The notes under the pieces: model-generated
Seen by the model: only the letters and a program-made list of their open reading frames with translations
What the model was told of the DNA's origin: nothing
Databases searched by the model: none
Assembly: GCA_965153455.1 (NCBI GenBank)
Contig: OZ234493.1
Location: forward strand, 26,340,213-26,404,212
Origin: Sphagnum compactum
Lineage: Eukaryota
Length of the DNA stretch: 64,000 nucleotides
Direction: 5' to 3'
In this document: one piece after another, positions 26,001-39,600 of the stretch
How positions within the stretch are numbered: the stretch's first letter is position 1
Layout: each line of letters opens with the position of its first letter
Made by a program: the position numbers and the translations under genes

Positions 26001-29000
26001 ATATGTGTATGAAACCTTTTTTGAAATTGTTCATAATTTCCAATGTTATATGTAACAATACATGTAAAAAATATATTTAACTAATTTAGTTCAATATGTG
26101 AATTTGAATTGCATTTGCAGAAGGCTTGACCAAAACAACATCACTGGATCCCTTGATTTGACGAACATCAATATAAGTGGACCATTGAATTTAATCAACC
26201 TCACAGGGAACAATATGGGACCAGATTTCACAAGTTTTTTATTATATTCCAATATCTCAAATTTGGTCTCTAGTGGACTTTCTATCATGTGAGTTCCATT
26301 TTGCAGTATGCACCTTACTTTTCATTCCATTGAAATATATCCAACTACTATATATGTTCACTGCTTAACTACATACATTATTAATTACATACATTATTTC
26401 AAACTTTTATAGTCCCACTGTGGAACAAATGTGTTACCAAATCTTGTCACAACTAAACAAATGGACCATATTGACAGGCTTGAAGACAACCCCTGTTGTG
26501 ACAACGTTTGGAAAAATGGCATGTCAGGGTTGACTAATGCTGAAATCTATTACTTTTGCCATAGCACCCCGCCACCACCAAAAAGCAAGTTTTTTTACTT
26601 GATCTACCCATTTTTCAATCTTTTGGAAAACAATGTGTGTGTTGTTCCTTCTTGTTTAGATAGACTTGGGGTTACTTATGGATCATATTTTCTACTTGAT
26701 TATGAAATAAAAATATGGCACCTTATCAATTAATTATTATAGGTCTTATATTATATTTAAATTTAACCAATTATAATTCATCATGAATTGGTCATTAACA
26801 CATGGTTTATGAATTTGTCCTTCAGGCAAGGACCCAAATACAATTCTGATAAAAGTTATAGTGCCAGTGACAGTGGTAACTTTTTTGATAGCAATGGTTG
26901 TATTTATTTTATATTGGTTAGCACAAAAGGAAAAATATTCTTTGCTACTTCAAATCCAAGAAGGTAACATGAAACGATTCAGATTCTTTCGAATGATGTT
27001 GTTGAATACTTTTTCATAGTCATGGGCTTACAATATGAAAAAATAAATTTAGTCAAGTTTATCAATAAACTAAATGTTTCTTTTTGCATGTTCAATTATT
27101 TTATTATGGGCTAGAAATATACAACTAATTTAAGGTTTTCTCTATTTCTATTTGATCTAATAGGTTTATGGAAAATGTTTAAAGTAATCATGAAACTTGT
27201 ATTAAAGTTGCATGTATTGGATTCAGAATTTGCGAAACAAGATGTGCAACCCACATTGTATGCATATAATAATATCAAAATAGCCACTCGAGACTTCCAC
27301 CCTGATAGGAAAATAGGCCAAGGATCCTTTGGAGTTGTTTACAAGGTATGTGTACACTATTCTTTCATTGTTGTTTTTGGCTCTATATTGATGCACTAGT
27401 CACCTTGAATTCTAAATGGTTGTTAAAACTAATTTCATATTTTTTTACCTTGCAAGGTATACTATAAGATGGGGGTGAAATTGCTATGAAACATTTATTA
27501 ACAAATTCCCAACAAAGCATTGATGAATTCCTTAATGAAATTGTGCTCATTACAAATGTGAAACACAAGAATCTTGTTAAACTCAAGGGTTGTTGTCTCA
27601 TGGGTGGAGGAGGTGCAAACACAAGACTCCTTGTATATGAATTTGTAGACAACAACAATTTGGCAGAAACTATTTTTGGTAAATTTTTTGACCTATAACA
27701 TAATTAAAATGGAGTAAGAACATAAATGTCAAATCATGTTGAAAATGAATAGGACTTGCAAAACTTTACTTGGATCTTTGAAGGTGCTCTTAATTTCATA
27801 TATATATAATTTCTCAAAATGATTTGTCACTATCTAAAATACATCTATGCAAATTAACATATTATTTGCATGTTGTAATTCAATAACTATTAATTTAATA
27901 TCATAATTTATTTATTTTTGAGGCTTTATATTGGGTGATATAATTCTTGAGGTTTTTCTCCTTCCAAAATAGAGAACAAAGGAGGACACAATGTGGATTG
28001 GCCAATGCAAAAAAACATATGTTTGGGAGTTGCTCGTGGCCTCACCTATCTTCATGAAGATGCTCAACCTCGCATTATACATCGAGATATCAAAGCACCC
28101 AATATTTTGTTGGACAAACATTTTAATGCCAAGATTGCCAACTTTGGGTTGGCCCGACTTTTTCCAGACACGGGCACCCATATTAGTACTTTCCACATTG
28201 CTGGGACTATGTAAGTAGTATTTACACATGTCATACATTTCATATGGAGTGTACCATCTGGTTTTGTTTATATTGACCACAAATTTTGAACACAATATGG
28301 ACAAGTTAGTATATGATTAAACCTTAACTATTTAAGATAGATTCAATATATGTCCATAAATTGTTACATATTTGTAGATCCCCATTTGTCAAAAAAATAC
28401 TAATGCAAAGACATCCAATATCAAAATAATATATTGCTTTTTTTTTGTGGTTTGGTAAGCCAACTTCTAATTTAAAATAAATGCATAGACCTTTTCATGA
28501 ATTTTTTTTGAATGTAAAAACCAAGTTCTAAACACAAACTTATTCATGAACTTGACATTTTTGAATTGCATGCAGGGGTTATGTGGCACCAGAGTATGCT
28601 TCTCGTGGCCAACTAAGTGAAAAGGTTGATGTGTTCAGCTTTGGGGTTCTAGTACTAGAGATTGTGAGTGGAAGGAAGAATATTGAGCCCAACTTAAATG
28701 AAGATCAAGCATATCTTCTTGAATGGGTAAGTAATCTCATAACATTATTTTTTTAATAAATGGAGTCATTGTGGCAAATGTACAAGATTCAACAATATTT
28801 AAGATTGTGGAAACATGTGTCAAACTTGTAAACTACATCAAGATGAATAAATACCATGGAATTCAAAATGGAAGTTACATAATAATGTAGTAATATGGTA
28901 AATATATAATATTGAAGTCCGACCACATGAACTAATCCCTGAGAATCTTGAATGATCCTTGATTGGAACTTTCATCTTGCATGAATTGGACAACATTCTT

Positions 29001-29402
29001 CTTTAGTTATGAACATTAAATGTGTTTCAAATTCTATAATTTAAAGTGTCAATAATGATTCATAGATTACCATTCCTCAAATATGTATTATATGTTGGTA
29101 TTTTCATCATGAATCAGGTTTGGAAATTATATGAAGAGGCCAAGCTTTTGGAGATAGTGGACCCAAGATTGAATACCCACAACCATGAAAAGGACATAAT
29201 ACATGTCATAAACATTGGGCTTTTATGTGTGCAATCCACAGCCTCAAAGAGACCATCCATGGCTAGAATAGTGGCAATGTTACAAGGTGATGAAATGGAG
29301 ATGGAAGTTGTTATAAAAGAAAATCCCCTAAGAGATATTGAGTATGAATCCTTATTAGCAACTATAAATTCTAGTTTTATGAGTGAAAGCATGTCAAAGT
29401 AG
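20027..29402 (+). CDS. LRR receptor-like kinase (kinase resembles LRR-VIII-2); kinase exons disrupted, so a truncated receptor or young pseudogene
   Basis: Exons 20027-20324, 21166-21364, 21918-21989, 22576-22650, 22815-22886, 23393-23560, 23906-23974, 24241-24390, 25135-25212, 25666-25767, 26121-26288, 26478-26584, 26826-26963 (TM) and 27227-27345 join into 605 open codons. Kinase exons 27456-27678, 27973-28210, 28576-28726, 29118-29402 carry [19 protein letters not shown] and KVDVFSFG, but also a lost acceptor, TAA at 27465 and DFG->NFG. Confidence 0.88.
21549..21652. mobile_element. Small foldback/MITE in RLK intron 2
   Basis: Perfect 11-bp terminal inverted repeat ATGGAATGGTC / GACCATTCCAT plus internal GTGTCA / TGACAC pairing. 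Confidence 0.45.
22007..22315 (+). mobile_element. Probable solo LTR in RLK intron 3
   Basis: ~310-bp segment starting TGTTGG and ending TATCA, with an internal TATAAATA box (~22152). No clean 5-bp TSD seen. Confidence 0.4.
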
Positions 29403-29776
29403 GCTAAAAAAGTAGTCCTCAAAGGCAAAACAATAGAATTGTGTAACAAGTAGATTAGGAAGTAGGTGATGCCTAGTCATATTGACATTCTCAATCACAA
29501 GAGTGTATCAAATGTGATATGGAGAATTTTTTAGAACTTAATAAGTAGATTTTTTTTTTAAATCTTTTTCAATTTATTTTTCACAAACTATGATTTTTTC
29601 AAATTATAAAAAGTAGCTCTTTCTGCATTGATGGGGAACAATTTATGAAATCCAAACATATGGTGCATTTATTAAATGTTTAAAGCATGTTTTACCATGT
29701 CCCAAATATAAACTGCATTTTAAACAAAAAAAATTTGAAATGCAAAAACACTAGGATAGTGATAATATTAATGTTA

Positions 29777-30060
29777 AATGCAAATATTGCAATTAGGCCT
29801 AAAAATTCCAATTGTTAGAGATAAATACAAATGCATGTATTATAGCTAGGCCCAAATTTCTAGTTGGTAAAAATAAGTACAAATGCGGGTATTGTAATTA
29901 GGCCTCAAAATTATAGATGGTAAAAGTAAGTACAAGTGTGGATATTACAATTAGGCCCCAAAATTCCAATTGGTAGAGGTAAGTATGAGTGCATGTATTG
30001 TAATTAGGCCCCAAAATTTTAATTGGTAAAGATAAATTTGAATGGAAGTATTGCAAATTT
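29777..30060 (+). repeat. Minisatellite, ~5.4 copies of a ~53-bp unit
   Basis: Unit approximately AAATGCRNGTATTGTAATTAGGCCCCAAAATTCCAATTGGTARAGRTAAGTAC, repeated head-to-tail. Confidence 0.9.
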
Positions 30061-32362
30061 AAATGAAGAATCAACCTTAAATGCAATACCCACATGCAAG
30101 GTTGCTTCAAAATAACCCATCTAGGTGGTTTGGATACCCTTACATTGCAGTTGCTCGAATGCTCGAATGTTCTCCATAGCTCCTACATAGTTGCAAAGGT
30201 TTCATGAGTTCCAAAGCTGGATTTAGAAAATGAAGTTAGGGTTTATGGTGGCTAATAGGGTTTAGGTAAAGAGAGTAGGTAAGTAGGAGCGAGTAGGTAT
30301 TTATGAAAAAAATTGTTGGAGTGAAGGGGGCTTACAAAATGTTGGGCACGGAGGGGGAAAATAAAAATTACCTACTTGGATGGGTTTGGGTTCATCCCAA
30401 AACGACTTGAACAGCCTCATCTTAAACTAGTGCATTGGTGGCTGCTGGTTCACTCTAGCCCATTCCTTGGGCTTCCCATCGTGCGTTTTGCACTTTTAGG
30501 TGTAATCTTTTCTTTGGACTTCAGTCCTTTCTATTTTCTTCTCTTATTCCTTTGCCGAGTGTTATGCCTTTTATTTATTTATTTATTTACTTATTCATTA
30601 GTTGATTTCTTCAGAGTATCCATGCCTAATCCCTACAAACTGTATGTCCAAGTTGTCAACTTGCCACAAAAGTCCTTCCAACTTTTGAACTACGTAGTTG
30701 CAAAGGGGCTTTTTGGTGCTAATCTAATTTTAGTCAAGGCGCATGGATTTCACAAAGAATTTAAACAAATGGGCCATGTGAGTAGATGCGCACGCCATTT
30801 GCTCCTATTTCGTACAAAATCTCATCCGGATTTTAAATTTAGTTCTACACTATTGAATTGTTGGCCAACAATGGAATTACCTTTTCTGCTGGAGTTTATT
30901 GGCTTTGTCTTATTGAAACATTGGGGGAACTTCTTCGAAGGTGGTATGGAAGCATAAATTTTTTTAAATAGTCTTAATAAATAAACTCATATAGTTGCAG
31001 GTTTAGGTGTAAGTTTTCTTTTTTTTAAGTTGGGTGGGGTTAGGTAGAGTGAAATGGGGGTGGGATAAGGTTATTAAGTGGAAATTTAGGAAAAGAAAAA
31101 AAAGAAGGGCTAGGGTATTTTATTTTTTTCCCTTTCCAAAGGAATTTTTAGATAAAGGGTTGATTTTATTTTTTTTCTTTCTTTCCAAGGAATTGTTTCT
31201 TAGGTGGGGGTACAAGGGGTTCTTTCAAAATTGGGTTCAGGTGAGATGAGGTGCCGTGGAGCATGGGGATTTTGTATTTCCAAATGGGTTTTGTTTGGGG
31301 TGGGGTGGGGAGGGTTTGACTATTTCTAGGGGGTGAGGGCTAAACTTGACATTTTTATATAGCATCAATATATCAGATAACAACTCAAAGATTTATTTTT
31401 ATTGCTCATTATTTAAATGGATATAACCTTAAGTTTTGTTTTATATATATAGAGTGAACATTCAATAAATTTTCAGCCCTTTTTTTGGGTTTTTAAATTT
31501 TTGCCCAAAACAATATTGGGCAACAACCCCATTTTTTTTTCCTTTTTTCCTTTTTGTTTCCTTTTTGTGAAGTTGGGCAAAAAGAATCGGGCCCATTAGA
31601 AAAACATCGATCACTATTTTTTCTCTTGCATATATATGAATCCATAAGAAATTGTATATAATGCAATAACATATATTTAATTTATGATAAAAGTAATCAC
31701 CAAAATGTTTAACATATCACCATTATGGTTTAAATATGGTGATTTTAGTTTTTTTTTTTCCCTTCAGAATATGGTGATTTTCAAAGATTTTCTTCCAAAA
31801 TAAATCTTTTGTACAAGATGCAGTTGCTTTTTTTGGTGCTAAACATTATGAAATTTCACCAATAGAAAACCCGAAATTTGGAATGGAAAAATCAAACAAA
31901 CAATATATTGTTTGAAACCAAACACTTGATAGATATAATCGAAAGTGGAAAACAACTATATTTTTTAACTTTTCGTGTGACCTAAACTTTGATGCAAATG
32001 ATCACAAAATTGATGTGTAACCAAATATTTAATATATTTGGTGAAAGTAAAAGTCAAAAGAATGATTTTTAAAAGTTGAAACAATAGTAAAAAATAAAGA
32101 TGGTCATGTGCTCTAACCAAGTCTTGGGATTGCAATGTTTTGGAACTTCTATTGAATGATTATGTGGTAATAAAGGATTTAGGGTTTGTGTATGAACCAG
32201 GAGGTGCATAGTTAAAACTTGTGAAACAACATGGGTTATTGATATCTTGCTCATTATTAGACCATTATTTAATTGTCAAGTCATGAATAAGATCATTTAG
32301 AGTTAAGTTAAAGTCAAAGATAATCAAAATTAGTCAAGATCAAAGAAAATAATATTAAAAAA

Positions 32363-32395
32363 TTAGGGTTTAAGGTTTAGGGTTTAGGGTTTAGG
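32363..32395 (+). repeat. Short interstitial plant telomere repeat (TTTAGGG)n
   Basis: TTAGGG TTTAAGG TTTAGGG TTTAGGG TTTAGG. Confidence 0.8.
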
Positions 32396-33419
32396 TATTT
32401 TGTCCCAAACTTTAGATAACATTGTGTGTTTATGGTCTTTCTTTCACTACAATGCACATTGTGTTTGGCCTACGCTTCATTTTGTTGTTTTCTTTCCTTT
32501 CCAAATGTGTGTTTTGTTAAGTACATTTGTTGTGTTGCCTCACTTGTTTGTTGTCAAATTCATTTTGGTTTAATTTTTTTAATTTTTTTTGCACAATGTC
32601 TATTATTGCAATGAAGGAAACTAGATTAATTATTGTGGTGGATGATTTGCATTTTGAAATTAAACATGTCGCATTTGAAGCAAAGGTGATCAATAGGTAT
32701 GGCACTTCAAATAGGAACATGTAAGATCTAAGCTATGCATATTGCATTGTGATTTGTTGAACATAGCGACTATAATTACAATCACTTTGAAGGTGAAATC
32801 ACCTCATATAAAAATGCATGAACAACCTTTGCAAAAGGACATGTTTGTGAATGTCAAAAACATTGGAATCCAAAAGGGGTTTTAAAAAAGGTGACATGTA
32901 TGTTGTAATTACAACTGAATTGATGACCATTATGTCATCAATTCTTGGATTCAACTTGAGTTGGTTTTTATGTTCTCCAAATGGATTCTATTGAGAATTA
33001 AGAAGCTCTATTTAGAATCAAAATTTTACTACTATTGTTGTCATCATTGTTGATGTGAGGGGAGAAGGGCTTAACAAGGGTGAAAAATAATTGATGATTC
33101 CAAATGGAAAGGGTGAATTTGACCAAGATGAACTTTCATGATGGGCAATAATTTTAGAATGGAGTATGAATAATTTTTTAAAAGTACAATGGAGGCCAAT
33201 GTGTAAGGGTTTAAGGTTAAGAATGTGGCAACAACATCCAAAGGAGATTGATATTTGAATGCGCAATGTTACACTGAAGTGATTGATGAAACTATTTGAA
33301 CTCATTTTCATCAATTGCCCAACAAATCATCAATATTCAACTTGCATTAAGAAAGGTAAAAAATTCCCTTCAAAATCATTTCCATCAAGAATTTTTTTTC
33401 AATTTTTTTCATTTTTAAT

Positions 33420-34140
33420 GAAAAAACGCTTGGTGGCCACCAAGTAAATTCCCACTAGGGGTCCAATGAAAAAACACAAGGTGGCTACCAAACAATTTTC
33501 ATTTGATCCAAAATTAATAAGTTAACAACTAGTAAGTGATTTTTCAAAGTTCAATAACTTTCAATTGATTTCCCACAAAGGTTGGGGGAAAAGCATTTGG
33601 TGCCCACCATGTGATTCCCACCGAGTTTGGGGAGAAAATGCTTAGTGGCCACTATGTGAGCTTTTTATTCAACTCAGGAAAAAAAGAAAAAAGTTAGAAA
33701 AACATTAGTGGCCATTAAATGATTTTTTTCACTTGACCCATGGAAGAAAAAAAAGGTGAAAAAGGCCTATCAACTAAATGGTTTTCCAATTTATTTATTT
33801 TTTTTGGGTCAAGTGGAAAATCATTTTTAAATGACCACTAAGTGTTTTTTAACCCAATTTGGCCCCCATTGGAAAAATGCATGGTGACTACCAAGTGTTT
33901 TTTTTTTCATTCAACCTAGGATTCAGTTTTTTGAAAACTCATTTTGTAATTGTTAAGTGTTTTTCCACTTGAACTTGATGGTAAATCATTTGGCAACCAC
34001 TAGGTGATTTTTAATCGACCCCATAAATATATATATATATATATTTATGGAAAAATCACCTAATGATTATTAAGCATTTTTCCACCCAAACTTGGTGGTA
34101 AATTACAAGGTATCCACTAGGTGTATTTTCACCCAACCTT
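33420..34140. repeat. Array of ~13 degenerate palindromic repeats with short spacers
   Basis: Examples: AAAAAACGCTTGGTGGCCACCAAGT (33421), GCATTTGGTGCCCACCATGTGATT (33593), GCTTAGTGGCCACTATGTG (33640), TCATTTGGCAACCACTAGGTGATTTTT (33986). Period ~48-70 bp. Confidence 0.75.
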
Positions 34141-36628
34141 ACTAAAAAAAACATATTGATGAGATTTTTGTTAAACCTCAAATTTTATTTTATTTTATAA
34201 CATATGGAATGTTGTAAAGGAAAATTTACTACTGACATCATTTCTATAAAAAAGTTAAAATGACAAGTATATGACATATTACATAAATAATAGTCTATGA
34301 TGAAACTAAGAAAGGACAATATCTCTTTATATAATTGATGAGAATTTTTGGGCAAAGGATATGAGATAAAATATCAAGACTATGCTCCTAGAAACAAAAA
34401 CACGTGGATTTTAAGCACATTTGAAAAAATAAGTCTATCACAAACACTTAAAGATAAAGATTTATAAATCTTTTAGATTTTTCTCCATTGCTTCTAAAAG
34501 TTCAAAAAGATTGTGTAGCCTTCCACATGGTGCATCCAAAGCTACAAAATTGCTGAAATTAATCAAGAAATGAACAAGATTCCTTGACCAATTTTAGCAA
34601 TTTGCCTTTTGGAAATCAAGGGGGTTAGTGTTTAGTTTAGGCATGTAAGAACAATATTATTTTGGAGCTTAGTTTTTTTTTGCATTGCTTTATTGCCTCT
34701 ACATTTCAAAGAGGTTTTCTAAATTTTTAGATGGCACACCCATAGCAAAATTGTAATGCTTATCATTCAAAATCAAAGGTTAAAAAATCAAGTTTTGTTT
34801 GTGGTACCATTACAACCAATGATGAACCCATATTGTCAACCATTGAAGGCATAAAACATATGATAGTTTGCATTCCTAAATTTGATTGTCCTAAATAAGT
34901 TCAAATGTTCATTCTAGTTCACATTTGTAGTAAATTATAATGGTTGCCCACATCTGCCCTTGTTAGTATTCAATAAAACATTCAACAATTCATCTCACAA
35001 ATAGAAGCTAGTTTGCATGGTGAAGATTTGGTTGCTCCTTTGGCAGTTGCTCTTAGTGATGATGTACATTATAATATGAAACGCAAACTTGACTTTAATG
35101 AATTGAAATCAACTTCAACACAAAAACCCTTAAACACATAATGATTTTTATAATTTTTTGTGTGACCTTTTTATATTTGTCTTTCCTAGACAAATATTCC
35201 ATATATGTGAAAACTCCCTTTATAACATTCTTGGCTTGAATAACTTATATTATATAATCATTTTTCATTTCTTCATATACATGGAAAAGAAAAGTTCTCA
35301 TATTTCAATTTACATCAAATGTCCAAAAGAATTATAACTGCAAAACAATTTTATATGAAAGAAAATTTTCAATGCAATTGGTTTTTAAATGCAAGCAATT
35401 TTTCAATTAAAACGGTAATTTTACATTGAATTGTTTTTCATTTCCAATGAGTCATTGATTTTGTCTTTTTTTGAATGTGTTGGTGTGTAGAAATATTTTG
35501 TGTGCAATTTGTGTGCACATGTTGTTTCTATGGGTCATGTCTATATGCATACATTTAATTAAAGTTCATAATAATGGAAACGTTCACATCAAATCTTGTT
35601 GATTCATCATTTGAACCTGTGTTGTGGTCATATGGCTTTCATTTAATTTCAACATATACATATGAAGTAGGCAATTTTCCTTTTGATTCCATATCTTATT
35701 GATTGGAAAATCAATTATCATTTCTTCAAGTGAAACACAATAGTATGACAGATTTAAGTCAATGTTCATTATTGAATATCAGGAAAGCCCAATAATGTTG
35801 CATTTGAAAATGAAATCCAAGTTTTTTGTTCAATTTGCATCAAGGTATAATCATAAATGAACATCAATATGTGAAAACATGGCACAAAGTGTTACAAGGG
35901 GACATTTGTGGGGAGATTTCACTATAATTTTCTACATAACTAAATATCTACGCAGACAATTTACATTTGGAATAGATATCAAATTACATAATGTTTAAAT
36001 GTGAAATGGACTTTCAAACTATCTCCTTATATATAGCTTGTAGCTTTCAACATTTTGAACCAATGGACTATTTTAATGGTGCACGTAGGTCTTTGCATGT
36101 TTTTCAAATAAATGACCCCAAAGTGATCATAAATTTGGATGAATTTCTATCTTTTTTGGAATCAACAAAGCAACAACCTCCTATTCAATTCTCACACCAA
36201 TTGCAAGTTTTTATTGGAATAAATTTTTTGATTATGCACTTATGGACATTTTGAAAGATAATTGGAATTCACATCAAATTATGTTGTTTCATTGTTCAAA
36301 ATTCCTGCAATAAAAATGTCAAGAAAAAAATTTGAAAGAACGAATTCATTATGTATAGAACAAATAAAAAACACTACAAACATTCTTATCGATGAGATTT
36401 TGTCTAGCCCGTTCATTGTAATGTCCATTACAAAAGTTGAATTATTTTTGTAATATTCAAATGGAACATTCTCATCCAATCATTGATCTTAGTGTCACGC
36501 CAAAATATATAATAAAAATCTGATTGGGTAGTTTATGACAATAGTATTTTTGACTTATTAAAAACTTGTCCAAATCTAAGTCATTGACATCTTTCAAATA
36601 TTTTAAAAATCACAAATTATGAATTATA

Positions 36629-36629
<1 letters not shown>

Positions 36630-36661
<32 letters not shown>
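36630..36661 (+). repeat. (CA)n microsatellite
   Basis: Directly visible run of ~16 CA units. Confidence 0.95.
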
Positions 36662-36663
<2 letters not shown>

Positions 36664-36689
36664 TTGCATGAATCTTTCACAAATGACAA

Positions 36690-39600
36690 AATTCAATCAT
36701 CATAACATTAACATTTGTAATAAACAAATCCAAGATGTTTTCACAATTCCATATTTTTGTTGTGAAAGATTATGATTCTTAAAACAACTTAAACATTTTT
36801 CAAAAAAATTGTCAAAACAACTTTTTGTATATTTTCAAATTGAAATAGAACCTAATTAATAACATACATATGTACAAGTTCTTTATATAACATCAATGAA
36901 GATAAACCACTTTTATATCAAATATCGAATGAAATTTCTAAGAACACAATCATTCCATTAACACAATTAGAAAAACATCTTATTTTGTCGTAAATCTTGT
37001 TTTTGTCAAAATTTATAAGCTTTATGGTTATGGGAAATATAGTATGCATGGTAATGATGTGCTTGCAAATGTAGATCAAATTCAATCAATACTATCATGT
37101 ATACCATATGATGATGCAACAATGTAAGGTGTGTTCGTTAAACAATGTCTTGAATACAAAATACCACATATATTAAGAAATGTTTTTTCAAATATGATGA
37201 ATTGTTTTTATGTGGGATTGATCAAAACACCATTCTACAAATATTTGAATGTTAACATTCACCATCAATGGACAAGTTTGTTTATTTTGCATTTGAATTC
37301 ATAATCTCAAACTCATAGTTATGATATGTCATCATCTGATAACTTGACTTTGATGGTGAAAAACTATTACAAACCAATAGACTCCATGATAGATAATTTT
37401 TGAATGCCCCAAAAATAATGTATTATGAAAGTATTATATGTTTTATTTCTCCACATCAAAACTTTCATCCTTTAGATTTATTTTAAGATATACATTCTTT
37501 AAATTTTCTAACATTGGTTTGTGGCCAACCTTGACAATTTTCAAAAGCCTTTTCATATCGACAAATAACTTCATGAAAATTACTTCATAGATCTGGAGAT
37601 TTTTCAACCAATATTTCAAACCTTGTTTTTAAAGCTATTAAAGTCTCCATCTTAAAAGTCATAAGTTTGGGTTGGGTGCCAATATGAAAAGGGAAACTAT
37701 GTTGTAGAACCTTAAAAGTTTTTCAAGTGCGATATAAACCAAACTTAAATAATATTTTCAAATCATACCTAGGTTATCATGATTTGAAAATCTTGCATAA
37801 TTCACATGATTATTTTGAAAGGTTAAAAAAATAATTATTTGCAATAATTTGGCAACTTGGTCCTCCAACATTCATTGCAACTTTTACATCTATTGAAGGA
37901 TTGTGGGATCCTTTTATTAATTTTTTACACACATTGCATGATATAAGATTAAATTTTCCAAATAAAATAAAAGACCTCCAATCTATTTACATAATAGATT
38001 GATTCAAATTGACCTTTGTCACATGTGCAAGATATTATAATTATTAAACATCTTCATTCCAAAATTTTATAATAAACTATCATTTTTTTTTGTGTTCATT
38101 TTTATTTTTATTTTTGTCACATAATTTTAAAACCATGAATTTTTATGGATTAAACATGCACCTAGATATATTGAATGCACACAAATGAAAAAATTGAATG
38201 GTTAATAAACATGTATATTTCTTGTGATATATCACTATTACCAAATTCATTGCAAAATGCCCAACAACATCAAAATACACATACATGTAAGAAAAAAACC
38301 ATGTGATTTGTAGATTTCATTAGCCATTCCCTCCCATGCATGAAACAAAAGTTTTAGAACCTCTTGAAATGAAAGGTACTTATTCATTTTCAAAACAATA
38401 CCTACATGCTTAAACAAAAAAATAAACTCTTTCAAAGATTTGAAAGAAAATGAAGATATATCAATTTTCAATTTCATGGATTCCTTAAAACTTAATGAAA
38501 ATATATGTATTGAATTTGAGGAGAAAATTAACAAAGTCACAATATTTTTTTTAAATGAACTCCTAAAAACCAATGCATTTAATATACATGTTAATATTCA
38601 TTTGTGGTTTGCAAATAAAAATATTCAAATTATCTTAAAGTCATATGCAACTACAAGATATTACACATTATATATGAAAGAAATAGATGAATCAATAACA
38701 TTGGAACTACATTTTATCGTACAAAATACATTGCAAATAAAATAAATGCAAATACAAGAATTCAAAAATCAGGTTATGTTTTTCTCAACTTGTTCAACTT
38801 GTGTTTTCTTTACCATTACATCATTTATCTCGAACATTTCAATTCATCAATAATTCCCATTTTGAAGAATGTATTTTTTATGTTAAAACCAAAAGTTGTA
38901 TTGAATCAATTAAAATTAGATTCAACCAATATAATATGTTCATCAATAAAAATATATATTAATTATCTTAATCATTATAAATCATTGTCAATATTAGAGT
39001 TTGAGTTTTCTGTAACATATTAAAAATTCAAAATGTTGAAAAACCAAAATTATTAGGTTTGTAAATTATATTAGATTGTAAAATATTGAAAAATGGTTGG
39101 AAAAAAAATTCAGTTGTGTTCACCATTTTAAAACTTAAAAAATTATCTTGGAGCTAATGTCAATGGCATGATGCATAGAATCAACAATAGGATAGAAATT
39201 CTAAGATTAAATATATTTTCAACTATAAAATGCGAAATCCAAATATATAAAAAAGACAATTCAATTGATTCAAAATCAAGAACATCACATTCAATTAATG
39301 TTTGGGATGAAATAAATGATTCATGTCATGCAATTCCTATAACAAACACAATCAATATTGAACAATATGAATTATGATTTGATTTTGTGAGACACTGCAA
39401 TGGATCAAGCACAAATTTTAGACAATGATAACTTCACAAAATCATCATTTTCCATGATGAAGGAAAATTTTGAATATCATAACTTAGTTAAACAATTAAA
39501 TGAAGAACACAAATTAATATTTGATGACATCATATATATAGGAAAAACAGTTAAACCATGATACACTATCAATTTGTTCACTTTTTACAAGGGGTGATGG

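Noticed and set aside
30376..30957. 193-aa hydrophobic ORF
   Set aside because: TTG start; Phe/Leu bias explained by T-rich repeat DNA; no domain or splice structure.
33420..34140. CRISPR array
   Set aside because: Eukaryotic context, highly degenerate repeats, short mutually similar spacers and no cas genes; kept as a palindromic repeat array.
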